Assembly: GCF_006345805.1 (NCBI RefSeq)
Contig: NC_042997.1
Span: 19,902,001 to 19,935,000, forward strand
DNA: 33,000 nt
Direction: 5' to 3'
Origin: Octopus sinensis
Taxonomy: Eukaryota
The notes beneath the pieces were generated by a model. It searched no databases and had not been told where the DNA came from. It saw nothing but the letters and a program-made list of their open reading frames with translations. Positions 1 through 11,384 of this stretch are shown in pieces. Position numbers and translations under genes: made by a program. The first letter of the stretch is position 1; each line of letters opens with the position of its first letter.

Positions 1-8
1 GGTGGTGC

Positions 9-61
<53 letters not shown>

Positions 62-70
62 TTAGTAGTG

Positions 71-107
<37 letters not shown>

Positions 108-120
108 CAGCAGCAGCAGT
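1..120. repeat. Compound trinucleotide microsatellite (GGT)/(GTA)n/(GCA)
   Basis: Long GTA run flanked by GGT and GCA units; cut by the window edge. Confidence 0.97.
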
Positions 121-477
121 TGCAGTGAAAGAAAAAGTGTTTATAAGTTGCAGCAGTGTTGATGAGTAAAACTATTAATCAGTCAGATAATGAATTCTTT
201 TGGATACAATATATTTTATTATCACTTAATTATGGATGGAAACGGCAGTATCTATGACTCAGCTTATTTTCCAAAACCTCTGAGGACAGTGGAAGACAGA
301 CAAGAAGTTAACTTCAAACAAGAGACTTGGCCCAAATCCTTACAACAGAATGAACTCCACTAAAAACACCCATGCAAAACATTAAATTTACTAACCAAGA
401 ACTCGGAATACAAAGGGCAATATCAAATACATCTAATACTCTAGCAGTTTCACCAGCCCACTCTGTTAGACTAGAAA

Positions 478-728
478 TCATCGTCATCATCATCATTTAA
501 CGTCCGTTTTCCATGCTAGCATGGGTTGGACGGTTCAACCGGGGTCTGGGAAGCCAGGAGGCTGCACCAGGGTCCAGTCTGATCTGGCAGTGTTTCTACA
601 GCTGGATGCCCTTCCTAACGCCAACCACTCCATGAGTGCAGTGGGTACTTTTTACGTGCCACTGGCACAGGTGCCAGGGAAGGCTGGCAACGACCACGAT
701 AGGTTGGTGTTTTTTACATGCCTCCGGC
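478..728 (-). mobile_element. Family C retroposon copy, (GAT)n-tailed (SINE or RTE-like LINE 3' end), 5'-truncated
   Basis: Begins (CAT)n-TTTAACGTCCGTTTTCCATGCTAGCATGGGTTGGACGG; the same sequence recurs at 9076, 11857, 15667 and 32037, and inverted at 11385 and 17277. Confidence 0.85.
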
Positions 729-737
729 GTATTTTAT

Positions 738-843
738 AAACCTGAAAAGGATGAAAGGCAAAGTTGACCAAGGCTGTATTTGAACTCAGAGTACAATTAT
801 CACATAACATTTTGTCCTACACTCTAATGACTCTGCCAATTCA
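738..843 (-). mobile_element. SINE family B, 5' fragment
   Basis: Reverse complement (TGAATTGGCAGAGTCATTAG...CTGAGTTCAAAT...GTCAACTTTGCCTTTCATCCTTT) matches the head of the copies at 8474 and 8894. Confidence 0.75.
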
Positions 844-1459
844 ATGCATTTATATGTGAAATACCAAATACAATATATTTCTATGCAAAATTCCAGATAT
901 GTGAGTACAGCTCTAAGTTGTTTTCTCTCTATACTTTTTCCATATATTAAGCAAGGAAATATAGTTAACAGTTGGATGTCATGCTCTTACTCATACCTTG
1001 CCAGATTAACTTTTAGGCTTTTAGGTTCAACCCTATGCTTCGAGGTTTGGAACTTTCATTACAAAGAGACTTTAGATTTTAATATAGGAGAAAAATATTT
1101 TTGTATGATGCAGCCGGATGAAATTTAAAAGGATTCTGTTTCTAAGTTTTGGTGGGGTTTATATAAAATAATTTTTTAAAAGCCTTTAAGACTTCATATG
1201 AAACTGATTGGAACATTTAAACAAGATTAAGTATCGCTAGCATTTTTAAATCAGAAAGGCGGAACAGTACCATTAACGAGTATTGAACTTAATGAAGTGA
1301 CTTCATCAGAAATGGGGATGAGGGCAAAAAGTCAAAATCATAAAAGACAGTTTCTTGGAGAATGTTTCTGTCAAGCTAAACTGCCTGAGAACAATAGGAT
1401 TCTAATATCTTTGAGAATGAAAAGAGAAAAGCCTCGTCACCATAACTTTAGTTCAAAAA

Positions 1460-1490
<31 letters not shown>

Positions 1491-3192
1491 ATGATGAGAC
1501 TTTAATATGAAGTAGGTTAGAAAGAGAAACAGGAAAAATGCCATTGAGATACTTATACATCATTCATAAAATCCTAAATGCCCTCAGATCAATCATAAGC
1601 AGCAGAAGCACTGCATTGCAATTTGACATTCTGAAAACTATGCATGCAATAGAGTGCAGCTTTCTGGACATGCAATTTATTAATGTTTGACCTACAGATG
1701 CCAAAACACAAAGAATTACATATATTCTGTCTGGAGATAATCGAAATATGAATAAGGCTTCCATGAGCTATGAAGGCATGTTATTTTCCCATGACAGATA
1801 TAGCAACCTCAGCACATTATACAGATATGGTTGAGCATACTTTTCCCAATTCACATTTCAATACCTCACTGACTGCTACGCTTTCAATCCCATATGTTGT
1901 GTCTAACAAAATTCAGTTACAAGTCAAAACAATAGCTGCATTATTAGCAAAACAAATTTTTATCACATTAATTAAAAGTACACAGAGAAGACAAAGTACA
2001 ATTCTGTTTATCTTCGAAATGAATTTTTTTTTAAAATCATAATTATGATTATATATTTTAACTTAATGTACAAATTATGACTGTATTTTATTAATTTTAG
2101 AGATGATTATTAAAATGGAACGAATACTGAAAATTGCAAAAAGATGGCTTTTATAACAGTAAATAGTTATTTCAATTGAAAATGGCAGTCATTCATAATG
2201 CTTACTTACAATTCTCTGATTATATTAACAAATTCTTAGAAATTTCATGTGAAAGAATTGTGGCCAAATGGAAAAAAAAAAGAAAAAGCTGTAAAAATAA
2301 AGAAAAGAAAATAGACTATGCAACAATAGCGATAATTAGTATAGATATAGGAACTGAAACATAAGCTAAAAAAATAATACATGAAAATATTATAAATGAA
2401 GAAAATAAAGAAAACATTTTTGATATCAACTCTAAAATCAATATGGTTTTATGGAACTCTTGTATAAATTAGGTTGGAAAGAAACCCTATATATTGGATA
2501 AACAGATATATGGAATGAGAATATAGCAATGTTTCAACTTACACAAAAGAGATTAGAGATAATTAGAGTTATTATATCTGCTGCTTAACTTTTACTAATA
2601 ATGTGTGTGCGTGTGTGTGTAATTCAATCTAATATTTAAGTTATTCTAATATTTGTAGAGCTTGTAAGTTTGTTTTATTCAAATTTAATCAGAAACTTCA
2701 GCTAATTACATTCTGTAAATGTGTTAGCCAAGCTAATGAGGAGAAGTTTTATAAAGTCAAATATTCTTCAAGCATGATGTGAATTGCTTTTCTTCTGTTA
2801 ATTTGTATAAAATGCTTACACTGTGGCAGTCTGCTGAAAATCTGCAAAGATTTTAAACATTATTAGTACTTCATACTGCATGTGAGTTGGTAGTGACATG
2901 TTTAAGAAAAGGCATGTTTAGAAAATAACTAATTAAATCATGCTTAAGATGTCTAAGAACCAAAGTTGAAATGACTGAGGATGGAGAAGTATGAAAGATA
3001 TAGTATAGCAGACATGTGCATACCGTACCACAATAGAAAAACAGCAATTAAATGACGAATGGTGTATGCTAGAAGCAAAGATTATTTCTCTAGAAAAATA
3101 GCTAAACAACCTACAAGTTAACATCTACAAAGAAATAATACAAACATACATATATATTCTTTTATGTACACAGTATAATGATACAAGATACA

Positions 3193-3486
3193 AATAGTTT
3201 CTTGCTTTGGAGACACTGGCTTAGGCAGGTTTTTGTAATATGCCTTGTGTCTCCAACCAGTCTTCAGCCTTGGAGTACATGGTCTTTTTGATTTGCAATT
3301 CCATTTTTGTTCCGCCTTCCACTTTTTGCATTTACTTTCTCCTTTTTTTCTCACAATTTCTCTTGTACCAGCATTTTGATTTGCAAATTGAATAGACCAC
3401 ATGCTCAGAGCCTGAAGACTGCTTGGAGACACAAAGTATGTTATAAAAACCTGCCTAGACCTGTGTCTCTAAAGCAAGAAACTATT
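3193..3486. mobile_element. Fold-back/MITE-like element with 93-bp inverted arms
   Basis: 3193-3285 is the reverse complement of 3394-3486 (about 15 mismatches by hand). The ORF track shows LKTGWRHKAYYKNLPKPVSPKQETI (-) mirrored by LKTAWRHKVCYKNLPRPVSLKQETI (+). Confidence 0.8.
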
Positions 3487-3796
3487 AGTAGCGTATATCT
3501 ATACACTGTACGTCAAATGATATTCATCTCTCACTGGATGGAGCAATGTTTTTGCTGGCCTTACCTTTCTATCGTGGGCTTATATGTCCCATTATTAGAC
3601 TATTTTCTTTAGTCATTGCATGGTGATCGCTATAAACTTTAAGCTTATAAAATACTATTATTATTATATACAGAATTGTAAAACTTGACATTGCTTAACA
3701 AAACCATCCGCAGTAAAGGCTCATGAAAGTTTGTTTACAAAAACAACTACGAACTAATTATTACGTTCTTAAATCTTACAGAAAAAAACAGGTTAG

Positions 3797-3885
3797 TTCA
3801 CTAGTGTAATTGGTAGCACACTTAGTCACATAAACAAAGAGGTGTGGGGTCGAGTCCAACGCATATGGGAAAACCTACTTTTTTT
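3797..3885 (+). pseudogene. tRNA-like Pol III cassette (tRNA pseudogene or SINE head)
   Basis: A-box-like TAGTGTAATTGG, D-stem GTGT/GCAC, B-box-like GGTCGAGTCC with T-stem GTGGG/CCAAC, then a T7 run. Acceptor and anticodon stems are degenerate. Confidence 0.5.
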
Positions 3886-4184
3886 GTCGAGGGCTTATAT
3901 GCCTCATTATTAGACCATTTTCTGAGGTCATTGCATGGTGATTGCTTTAAGCTTATAAAATACCATTAACACACAAACACACACACACACACACACATAT
4001 AGTTAGGAAAATATCTTACTATCTTAATTTTCCAATTTATCGTCTTCATTTTGGATACACCTTTAACTGGATAGAGCAATTTTTTGTTGATCTTACCTGA
4101 TTATATATATTTCTTTATTTGTGTATTAAGGCTACCGTTAGTTTCATATTAATAAAATTATCTTATATCTTAACATCTTTTCAG

Positions 4185-5070
4185 GCCGATCACATCGAGA
4201 ACTGGTGTTCATCTCCATTTTATATGAAAACACAAAACAATTCTCACAAAGTTTCATAAAGAAGAAAATAAATCAAGGATTGCTACTCTTGGGTAACACC
4301 TTTAAGTGATTACACACAATACCTGGCATCATTCAATAACAAAAATAAAATACATGTGACATCCCTATCCAGTATGGTATGGACGTTGAAAGAAGGAGGA
4401 ATAAGCAACCCCAGATAACATTGAGCATCATTGCAAAAGCCAGAAAATAAAGAGGGCAGGGTACCAAATGTGAGTTGTGTTTCACTGAAAAGTTAAATAT
4501 CATACAGTCAACAGGTAACATCCTAAATATTAGCGATGGAGCATTCTCTCCCTGCATGCACAAACATTACCTCACTATCTGACACTTCAAAGTGGAACCA
4601 CTGGCTGTGCTGCTAAACACACCAGGATACTTTCTTTCCCGGAATAAGAACACTGAATATACACAACACATGAAACCCACACACAGAAGAATCCCCTCCC
4701 CCATGAATTCTCTCGGCGCACAAACATATGAATATCACATATACCCAAAATATAACATAACACAAACAAATTCACCATCCAACATGGCCCTCTACAAGCA
4801 CGATGATCACTCAAAAGGTGTCACCCAATAGTAGCACCTCTTGATTTATTGCTTTCTTCACAAGACTGAGAATTAGTGATACTTTCCCCGAGATCATTTC
4901 TCTTCATCGAAAATGCAGATGAACATCATTTTACCTTGTAATCAGCTTGAAAAATTGCTAAGATATAAGATGATTTTCTTAACATGAAACCAATGGTAGC
5001 TTTAACACACAAATAATGTAATTTTATCCCCCAATGCGGTGTTAATCACTCATTCTCATTTCTCATCATT
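4185..5070 (+). mobile_element. Penelope-like retroelement relic: frameshifted GIY-YIG endonuclease (about 4185-4582) plus 3' region
   Basis: Joined frames give NTFK*-YTQYLASFNNKNKIHVTSLSSMVWTLKE-QITLSIIAKARK*RGQGTKCELCFTEKLNII-NILNISDGAFSPCMHKH. This matches the PLE endonuclease pattern (FKxRYxxHxxSF, TSLSxxxWxLK, CxLCxxEK, CxH). The 3' boundary is approximate. Confidence 0.8.
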
Positions 5071-5728
5071 TGAAATTTACACACACACACACATATATGT
5101 ATGTATGTATGTATATGTATATATATATACTATATATGTGTGTATGCGCATGTGTGTATATATATATATGGATGCTCAACTTCATAGCTTCCACACTTAA
5201 GGTCACTAAAGAGTAAAACCTAGGAAATATGTCCTCCATTTCTCTGATTAAGATAAGCACAAAATAAAGCATTAGTATTGATGTAAACATGTAAATATGT
5301 ATTTAAAACAAATTGAAGATGTGCTCATTTGTAACTACAGTTCAGTGACTAAACAATAACAAATTTAAAAAATGTATTAGCAATAATTAATATCAACAGA
5401 TTGTTGAGAAAAAGAGTCTCAGCCTTTTTTGAAGTGAGGAGGGAGGTAAAAACTGAGTAATTAGTGTAAGATGTTGTTGTCACATGCAATGCTTAGACAA
5501 GTTATGTTTTACTTTCATTTTTGTTTTTTGTCTTTCTAAAAACAATGTGAACTGAAGAGACATTAAGTGTTAAATCTAATTATTAAGCTGTCAATATTTA
5601 GATTTAAAATTGCAGGGTATACTACTATTATTGCTGCTAAATAGATGTAATAAACAAATTCAATATGATATAAAATATGTGAGATAAAAATTATGAAAAT
5701 TCATCTAAAGTCTTTGCAGTGCACAGTT

Positions 5729-6555
5729 GCAGGCATAGCTCTGTCGCAAAGAAGATTGCTTTGGAACCGTGTCGTTTCAAGTTCACATCTACAGCACAGT
5801 ATATTTGGGCAAGTGTCTTCAACTATAGCCTCTGGCTGACCAATGGCTTGTGAGTGAATTTGAAAGATGAAACCTGTCATGTGTGTGTGTGTGTGTGTGT
5901 GCATGTGTGTGTGTGTGTTTATCTTTCCTCCCAACCACTGCTTGACAACTGGTGCTGGTTTGTTTATATTCTGATATCAGAGCAGTTGGGCAAAAGAGAC
6001 TGACAGAATAAGTACCAGACTAGGTGTAGGAGTCGCTGTGAGGTAAGTAGCTTGCTTACAAACCACATGGTTCTGGGTTCAGTCTCACTGCGTGGCACCT
6101 TGGGCAAGTGTCTTCTACTATAGCCTCGGAACGACGAAAGCCTTGTGAGTGGATTTGGTAGATGGAAACTGAAAGAAGCCTGTCGTATATATGTATATAT
6201 ATATATATGTGTGTGTGTGTGTATGTGTGTGTGTGTGTATGTGTTTGTCCCCCCCCCTAACATCACTTGACAACCGATGCTGGTGTGTTTACGTCCCTGT
6301 AACTTTGCAGTTAAGCAAAAAAAAAAAAACGATAGAATAAGTACTAGGCTTCCAAAGAATAAGTCCTGAGGTCAATTTGCTCAACTAAAGACGGTGCTCC
6401 AGCATGGCCACAGTCGAATGACTGAAACAAGCAAAACAAAAAAAGAAGAGAGAGACTTAAAAATCATCACTGGAGTCAATTTGCATGATAAAACCCTTAG
6501 AGGTCATGTATCAGCACAGCCAGAATCCAATGACTGAAACAAAGTAAAAGATAGA
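5729..6555 (+). mobile_element. Older SINE A copy split by a younger SINE A insertion (outer parts about 5729-6021 and 6453-6555)
   Basis: SINE A motifs up to GAATAAGTACCAGACT; the sequence resumes after 6453 with TAAAAAT...GGAGTCAATTTG...AATGACTGAAACAAAGTAAAAG. Confidence 0.75.
6022..6452 (+). mobile_element. Full-length tRNA-headed SINE A
   Basis: tRNA-like head (TGTGAGGTAAG...GGGTTCAGTCTC), CTTGGGCAAGTGTCTTCTACTATAGCC block, internal (TA)/(TG) tract, 3' ATGACTGAAACAAG plus A/AG tail; AGACT on both flanks. Confidence 0.9.
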
Positions 6556-7065
6556 GAAAAAGAAAGTCTTATGTAGTAAGAATAAAGAAAAGGACAGAGG
6601 AGAAAGAATAAATGTCTCTAATTCACAGTAGTCCTTACAAAGATTGTGAACTGTCTATTCTCATTAGGGAACAGACATAGACAGTTCTCATCAGCACACA
6701 GAGACAAGCAACCAAAGGTAAACAATGGCTTCTACTGCTTCAAATAATACTCTACTGTGATTGGTGAAGGGCATAGGTCAAAGCAACTAGAGTAACTGTA
6801 GATTATGTTACGCTGATATAGAAATATTGCAAAGAAGTTACATACACATTGCTGAATGCTTGTATGAAAACTGTTTAATATATAATATGAATACATGTCA
6901 AACTACTTATGATTTACATTTTTTAAAGTTATACAGATTTACCTGGGGGAAATATGAAATAGAACACTAACAAGGATTCTAAGTTATATTGTAATCAGAT
7001 TACTAGCAAAAAGAAATGTTAAAAAATAATTTACATGAGTGGAATGCTAAATATTTACATTAGAA

Positions 7066-7100
<35 letters not shown>

Positions 7101-7172
7101 TGTGTGTGTATGTATGTATGTATGTATGTATGTATGTATGTATGTATGTATGCATGTATGTATGTATGTACA
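7066..7172. repeat. (ATGT)n microsatellite
   Basis: Direct reading; source of the spurious MYVC ORF. Confidence 0.95.
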
Positions 7173-7175
7173 CGT

Positions 7176-7600
7176 ATTTTATTCAGTTTTATTTCAAGAG
7201 CTCATGCCAATAGATACAGAGTTGGTTTCTAACCTGATCCAAGGATCCTTCATTGGAATTTCAACATCAACAACAAAGTATTTTTGAATGTGTGTATGTA
7301 TACGTGCAGATTTGAATGTTTCGTCTTATGTACATGTTCTTATGCAAATACTTGCCAATGTACACATACTCATATACACTTAAATGATATACTTCTGCAA
7401 AATTTTACAGATTTTTAGTTTCAATGCTGCATTGGATCTGTAGTCTTTGAATTAGCTTTCTCCTTTCTGGTTTTGAGAAGTCTAATTTCTCAAGGCTGGT
7501 ATTTAGGCAATGTGTTACATATCTCAGGGTCCCAATAATTACTTGCATGTATGCATGTATTTTCACATGTTCTTTCTGCACTGATGAATTCCTCCAACCC
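7176..7600. repeat. Probable unclassified interspersed repeat
   Basis: Single copy in this window; resembles from memory a dispersed octopus repeat (GGTTTCTAACC...CCAAGG...TTCATTGGAATTTCAACATCAAC). Not verifiable here. Confidence 0.3.
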
Positions 7601-7696
7601 TAACATATGTTTTTATATTACATTAAATATTTCATTTAACACTTTTACAACAGATAATGTAAATTGCATAAACTATTAAACAAACAACTTAAATAT

Positions 7697-8198
7697 AGAC
7701 ACAGATATGGCTGTGTGGTAAGAAGCTTGCTTCCCAACCATATCGTTCCAGGTTCAGTCCTGCTGCATGGCACCTTGGGCAAGTGTCTTCTACTATAGCT
7801 TCAGGCTGACCAAAGCTTTGAGTGGATTTGGTAGTCTATTGTATATATATATATATATATTGTATATATATATATATATTATATATATATATATATATCA
7901 CGTGATCACGTGACCGACCAGGCTATCAGATGTTGCTACACATCGCTGGTCACAATGCGCTTCGCATTGTTTTTGCCTTCAAATGATGCCACCCTGCTGG
8001 CTAAGTGAGCAGGCCAATATATATATATATATATATATTTGTTTGACAACTGATGTTGGTATGTTTACATCCCTGAAGCTTAGAAGTTCGGCAAAAGAAG
8101 CCAATAGAAAAAGTACTAGGCTTACAACAAATAAGTCCAGGGGTCAATTTGTCAGCATGGTCACAGTCAAATGACTGAAACAAGCAAGAGAATAAAAG
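7697..8198 (+). mobile_element. SINE A copy interrupted in its internal (TA)n tract
   Basis: Head at 7697-7845 and 3' half at 8040-8198 both match SINE A; there is a short deletion in the 3' part. Confidence 0.85.
7898..8017. mobile_element. GC-rich insert in (TA)n beginning with the palindrome TCACGTGATCACGTGA
   Basis: A 120-bp non-SINE-A block flanked on both sides by (TA)n. Confidence 0.65.
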
Positions 8199-8473
8199 GA
8201 AGTAAAAGAATACACAGACAATAAACATTTAGCAGAGCTTTTCTCTAGATAGTATTCAGTATCATTGCAGACAATAGTTGTACCAACCACAAGTATCCGC
8301 TCCTATTTCTTCTGTTTCATATACATGACAAGTTATTCATGTCTAAAGGAGAAGGTCCAGGAATGTCCTGTCACACCACCAGGGTAACTGAGCAACTGAA
8401 TACTATCTTCTACATTTGAATGATTAGGTTTCTGCAAGAGTTTGTTATTATTTTATTACTGTAATTATTATTG

Positions 8474-8875
8474 AGGGCGGTGAGTTGGCAGAAACATTAG
8501 CACGGCGGGCAAACTGCTTAGCAGTATTTCCTCTGCCGCTACATTCTGAGTTCAAATTCCGACGAGGTCAACTTTGCCTTTCGTCCTTTTGGGGTCGATA
8601 AATTAAGTACCAGTTATGCACTGGGGTCGATATAATCAACTTAATCCGTTTGTCTGTACTTGTTTGTCCTCTCTGTGTTTAGCCCCTTGTGGGTAATAAA
8701 GAAATAGGTATTTCACCCATTGCTATATTCTGAATACAAATTCTGCCGAGGAGAACTTTGCCTTTCATCCTTTTGGGGTTAACAAATTAAGTACCAGTTA
8801 AGACACTGAGATCAACGTAATCAACTAGACCCCTCCCACCAAATTTCAGGCCTTATGCCTCTAGTAGAAAGGGTT
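8474..8875 (+). mobile_element. tRNA-headed SINE B with internally duplicated central block
   Basis: GGCGGTGAGTTGGCAGAA head, CTGAGTTCAAATTCC box, and the block AACTTTGCCTTTC(A/G)TCCTTTTGGGGT..ATTAAGTACCAGTTA present twice. Confidence 0.85.
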
Positions 8876-8893
8876 ATTATAATTATTATTATT

Positions 8894-9070
8894 AAGGTGG
8901 CAAGCTGGTAGAATGCTTAGTGGCATTTCTTGTGGCTTTTAAATTCTGAATACAAATTCTGCCAAGGTCAACTTTACTTCTCATCCTTTCAAGGTCTATA
9001 AGATAAGTACCAGCTGAGCATTGGGGTTGACATAATGATCTAGCTCCCTTTCCCACAATTTCGGGCCTTG
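8894..9070 (+). mobile_element. Second, shorter and more diverged SINE B copy in tandem
   Basis: AAGGTGGCAAGCTGGTAGAA head and central block similar to the 8474 copy. Confidence 0.8.
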
Positions 9071-9075
9071 TATAT

Positions 9076-9312
9076 ATCATTGTTTAACATCTGGCTTCTG
9101 TGCTGGAATGGTTGGATGATTTGATAAGAGTTGGTTTGCTGGAGAACTGTCCAAATTCCAATTATCTGTTGTGATATGGTTCCAATGGCTGGATGCCATT
9201 CATAACACCAACTTCTTTACAGACTATGTTGGGTGCTTTTTATGTTCCACTGGCATGGGTGCATCTTTGCAGCAGCAGCAGCATGAGTGCATTTTATGTG
9301 TCTCCAGCACCT
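9076..9312 (-). mobile_element. Diverged family C copy
   Basis: TTTAACATC...GGTTGGATG...GGCTGGATGCCATTCATAACACCAAC...GGGTGCTTTTTATG aligns with the 478 copy. Confidence 0.7.
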
Positions 9313-11105
9313 GTAGTAAAAAGAATTACTATTATAATTATTGAATTATAACTATATTTTTGTATGCACTTTATGCTTTTCTTTATTGTTTTCATTCTGT
9401 TAGTAATCTTTATTTTATTATATTTCTAAACAATGCAATGCATTTAACTGTTAAATAAAGAAAAAAAATATATGAAAATTATTCTTTATTGTATATATTT
9501 ACCAACACGTAATAGTTTCCTTTGATGTTAAAATTGACATAAGTCAATTTTAACATTTCATATGATATTCCTAAAATATAAGTCCATATTTTGTTTTTAT
9601 TTATCCTTAAGTGTTACTCAATTTTCTTATCAAAATTTTTTAACAAATTACATGCATACAAAAATTTAATAAAAAAAATTTAGACTAAATTACAAAATAA
9701 CTTAAGACTATGAAAAACTGATAATGATCTCAGTTGAGCACTGTTTAAAATCATATTTGATACATTTCATCATCGATTTTCTTACACATTCACAACAATC
9801 ATGTAAGAAAAACAACACTTAATTCAGGATGCATAAAGAGAAAATATCTTTTTGATTATTAGTCATACTGACAGTTTAAAGTTTCTCTTTGAGGATGTTT
9901 GTATAAGCATAGTCAATATGAAGATTGCTGTAAGCAGTAACCAATGTACAGTAATTGCATATATATGAATCGAACAATGTGTATATATACTGCTTTTCAT
10001 ATTACCTACATTTTTTACAGCTTAGAGATGTATATTTAGGTTTCCAATGCATTAAGACTCATTATTGGTTAAATATTGATTTATCAAAAAAACAAAAACA
10101 AAAAGAAACAAAAAAAATGTAAGTAAGAAACTGACAATAGAAATATCATTAGTTCTTCCCAACAGCTCCTCTTTTAACTGAATGGCAAACCAATTATAAA
10201 CAACTATAAGATGCTTGAAGGGTATACCACTCACCCCATATATATTTATTTATTTATATATATATATATGTATGTATATATATAGTGAGAGAGAGAGATA
10301 AGGATTGATAGATAGAAAGATAATAGATAGATACATTCATTGATACATACAAATATGCATTCACACACATTTATATATGGTTTTTGTCTTGAAATATTTT
10401 GAAAATATTTGTCTTATTGATATTGCTAAGTTTTATGATCATGAAGGCTGAAACAAAAGAAATATCTTTATGAAAGAAAAATATGTCTTCACGAATGTTA
10501 TTCAATTATTTCTCTCACTTTTTATTCTCACCACTTTTATCTACCTCTTATACAACAAAAAAAAAAATTCAGTATGTATCAAACCACAGAACAAATGTGT
10601 TTAAAAACCCTCTGGCATATATTAATATATATATATATATATATATATATCTTTTAACAATATAAATGCATTCGCTCATACATATGAAAGAATGGTAACT
10701 CATTTGTTAATAGAACTACTGATATAAAGAATCCAAGGTCATTAGATTTACTTATGTCATATTCCTGGCAGTACCAACCGTAGGTGGTGCTCAACATATA
10801 TAGCTAACCAGCCAACTATTTTAATATAATATAAATATAAAGAAAAAGTGCTGCTATGCATGGTGGCGTATGAGTGTATTTGTTTTCAGCTTAGAAAAGC
10901 AATGTAACTTCGGATGCCTTAGAGAGCCTAGCAGGAAATATGTTTTAATAATGTTCATAACTTTAAGGTAAGAAATTACAATAGGAAAAAATATAACGTC
11001 TGATTGCAAATCAGTAACTTTATCTCTATATGTTTTAATATATATTACACAGAGAAATAATAAGCATGCATTTATGTGTGTGTGCATGATGTGTGTGTGT
11101 ATGTA

Positions 11106-11150
<45 letters not shown>

Positions 11151-11384
11151 TTCTATTTTTTATTATTTTACTTATTTCTGTCATTTGACTGCAGCTATGC
11201 TGGAGCACCACCTTTGGTCAAACAAACTGACTCTAGGACTTATTCTTTGTAAACCTGATACTTATTCAATTGGTCTCTTTTTGCTGAACCACAAAGTGAC
11301 AAGGACGTAAATACACCAATATCAGTCGTTAAGGGATGGTGGGGAGACAAACACAGACAAATAACAAATACATACACATAAATC

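Noticed and set aside
232-470. Possible RTE-LINE C-terminal or exon remnant (MDGNGSIYDSAYFPKPLRT...)
   Set aside because: Only vague resemblance, with stops in all frames and no diagnostic motif.
521-739. Mutually similar ORFs MGWTV..., DLAVFLQLDALPNANHS (521, 11904, 15734, 31954)
   Set aside because: The similarity comes from family C repeat copies read antisense, not from a gene family.
1255-1494. 80-codon open frame after an AG
   Set aside because: Runs into a (CT)/(CA) microsatellite, has no convincing donor and no recognisable protein.
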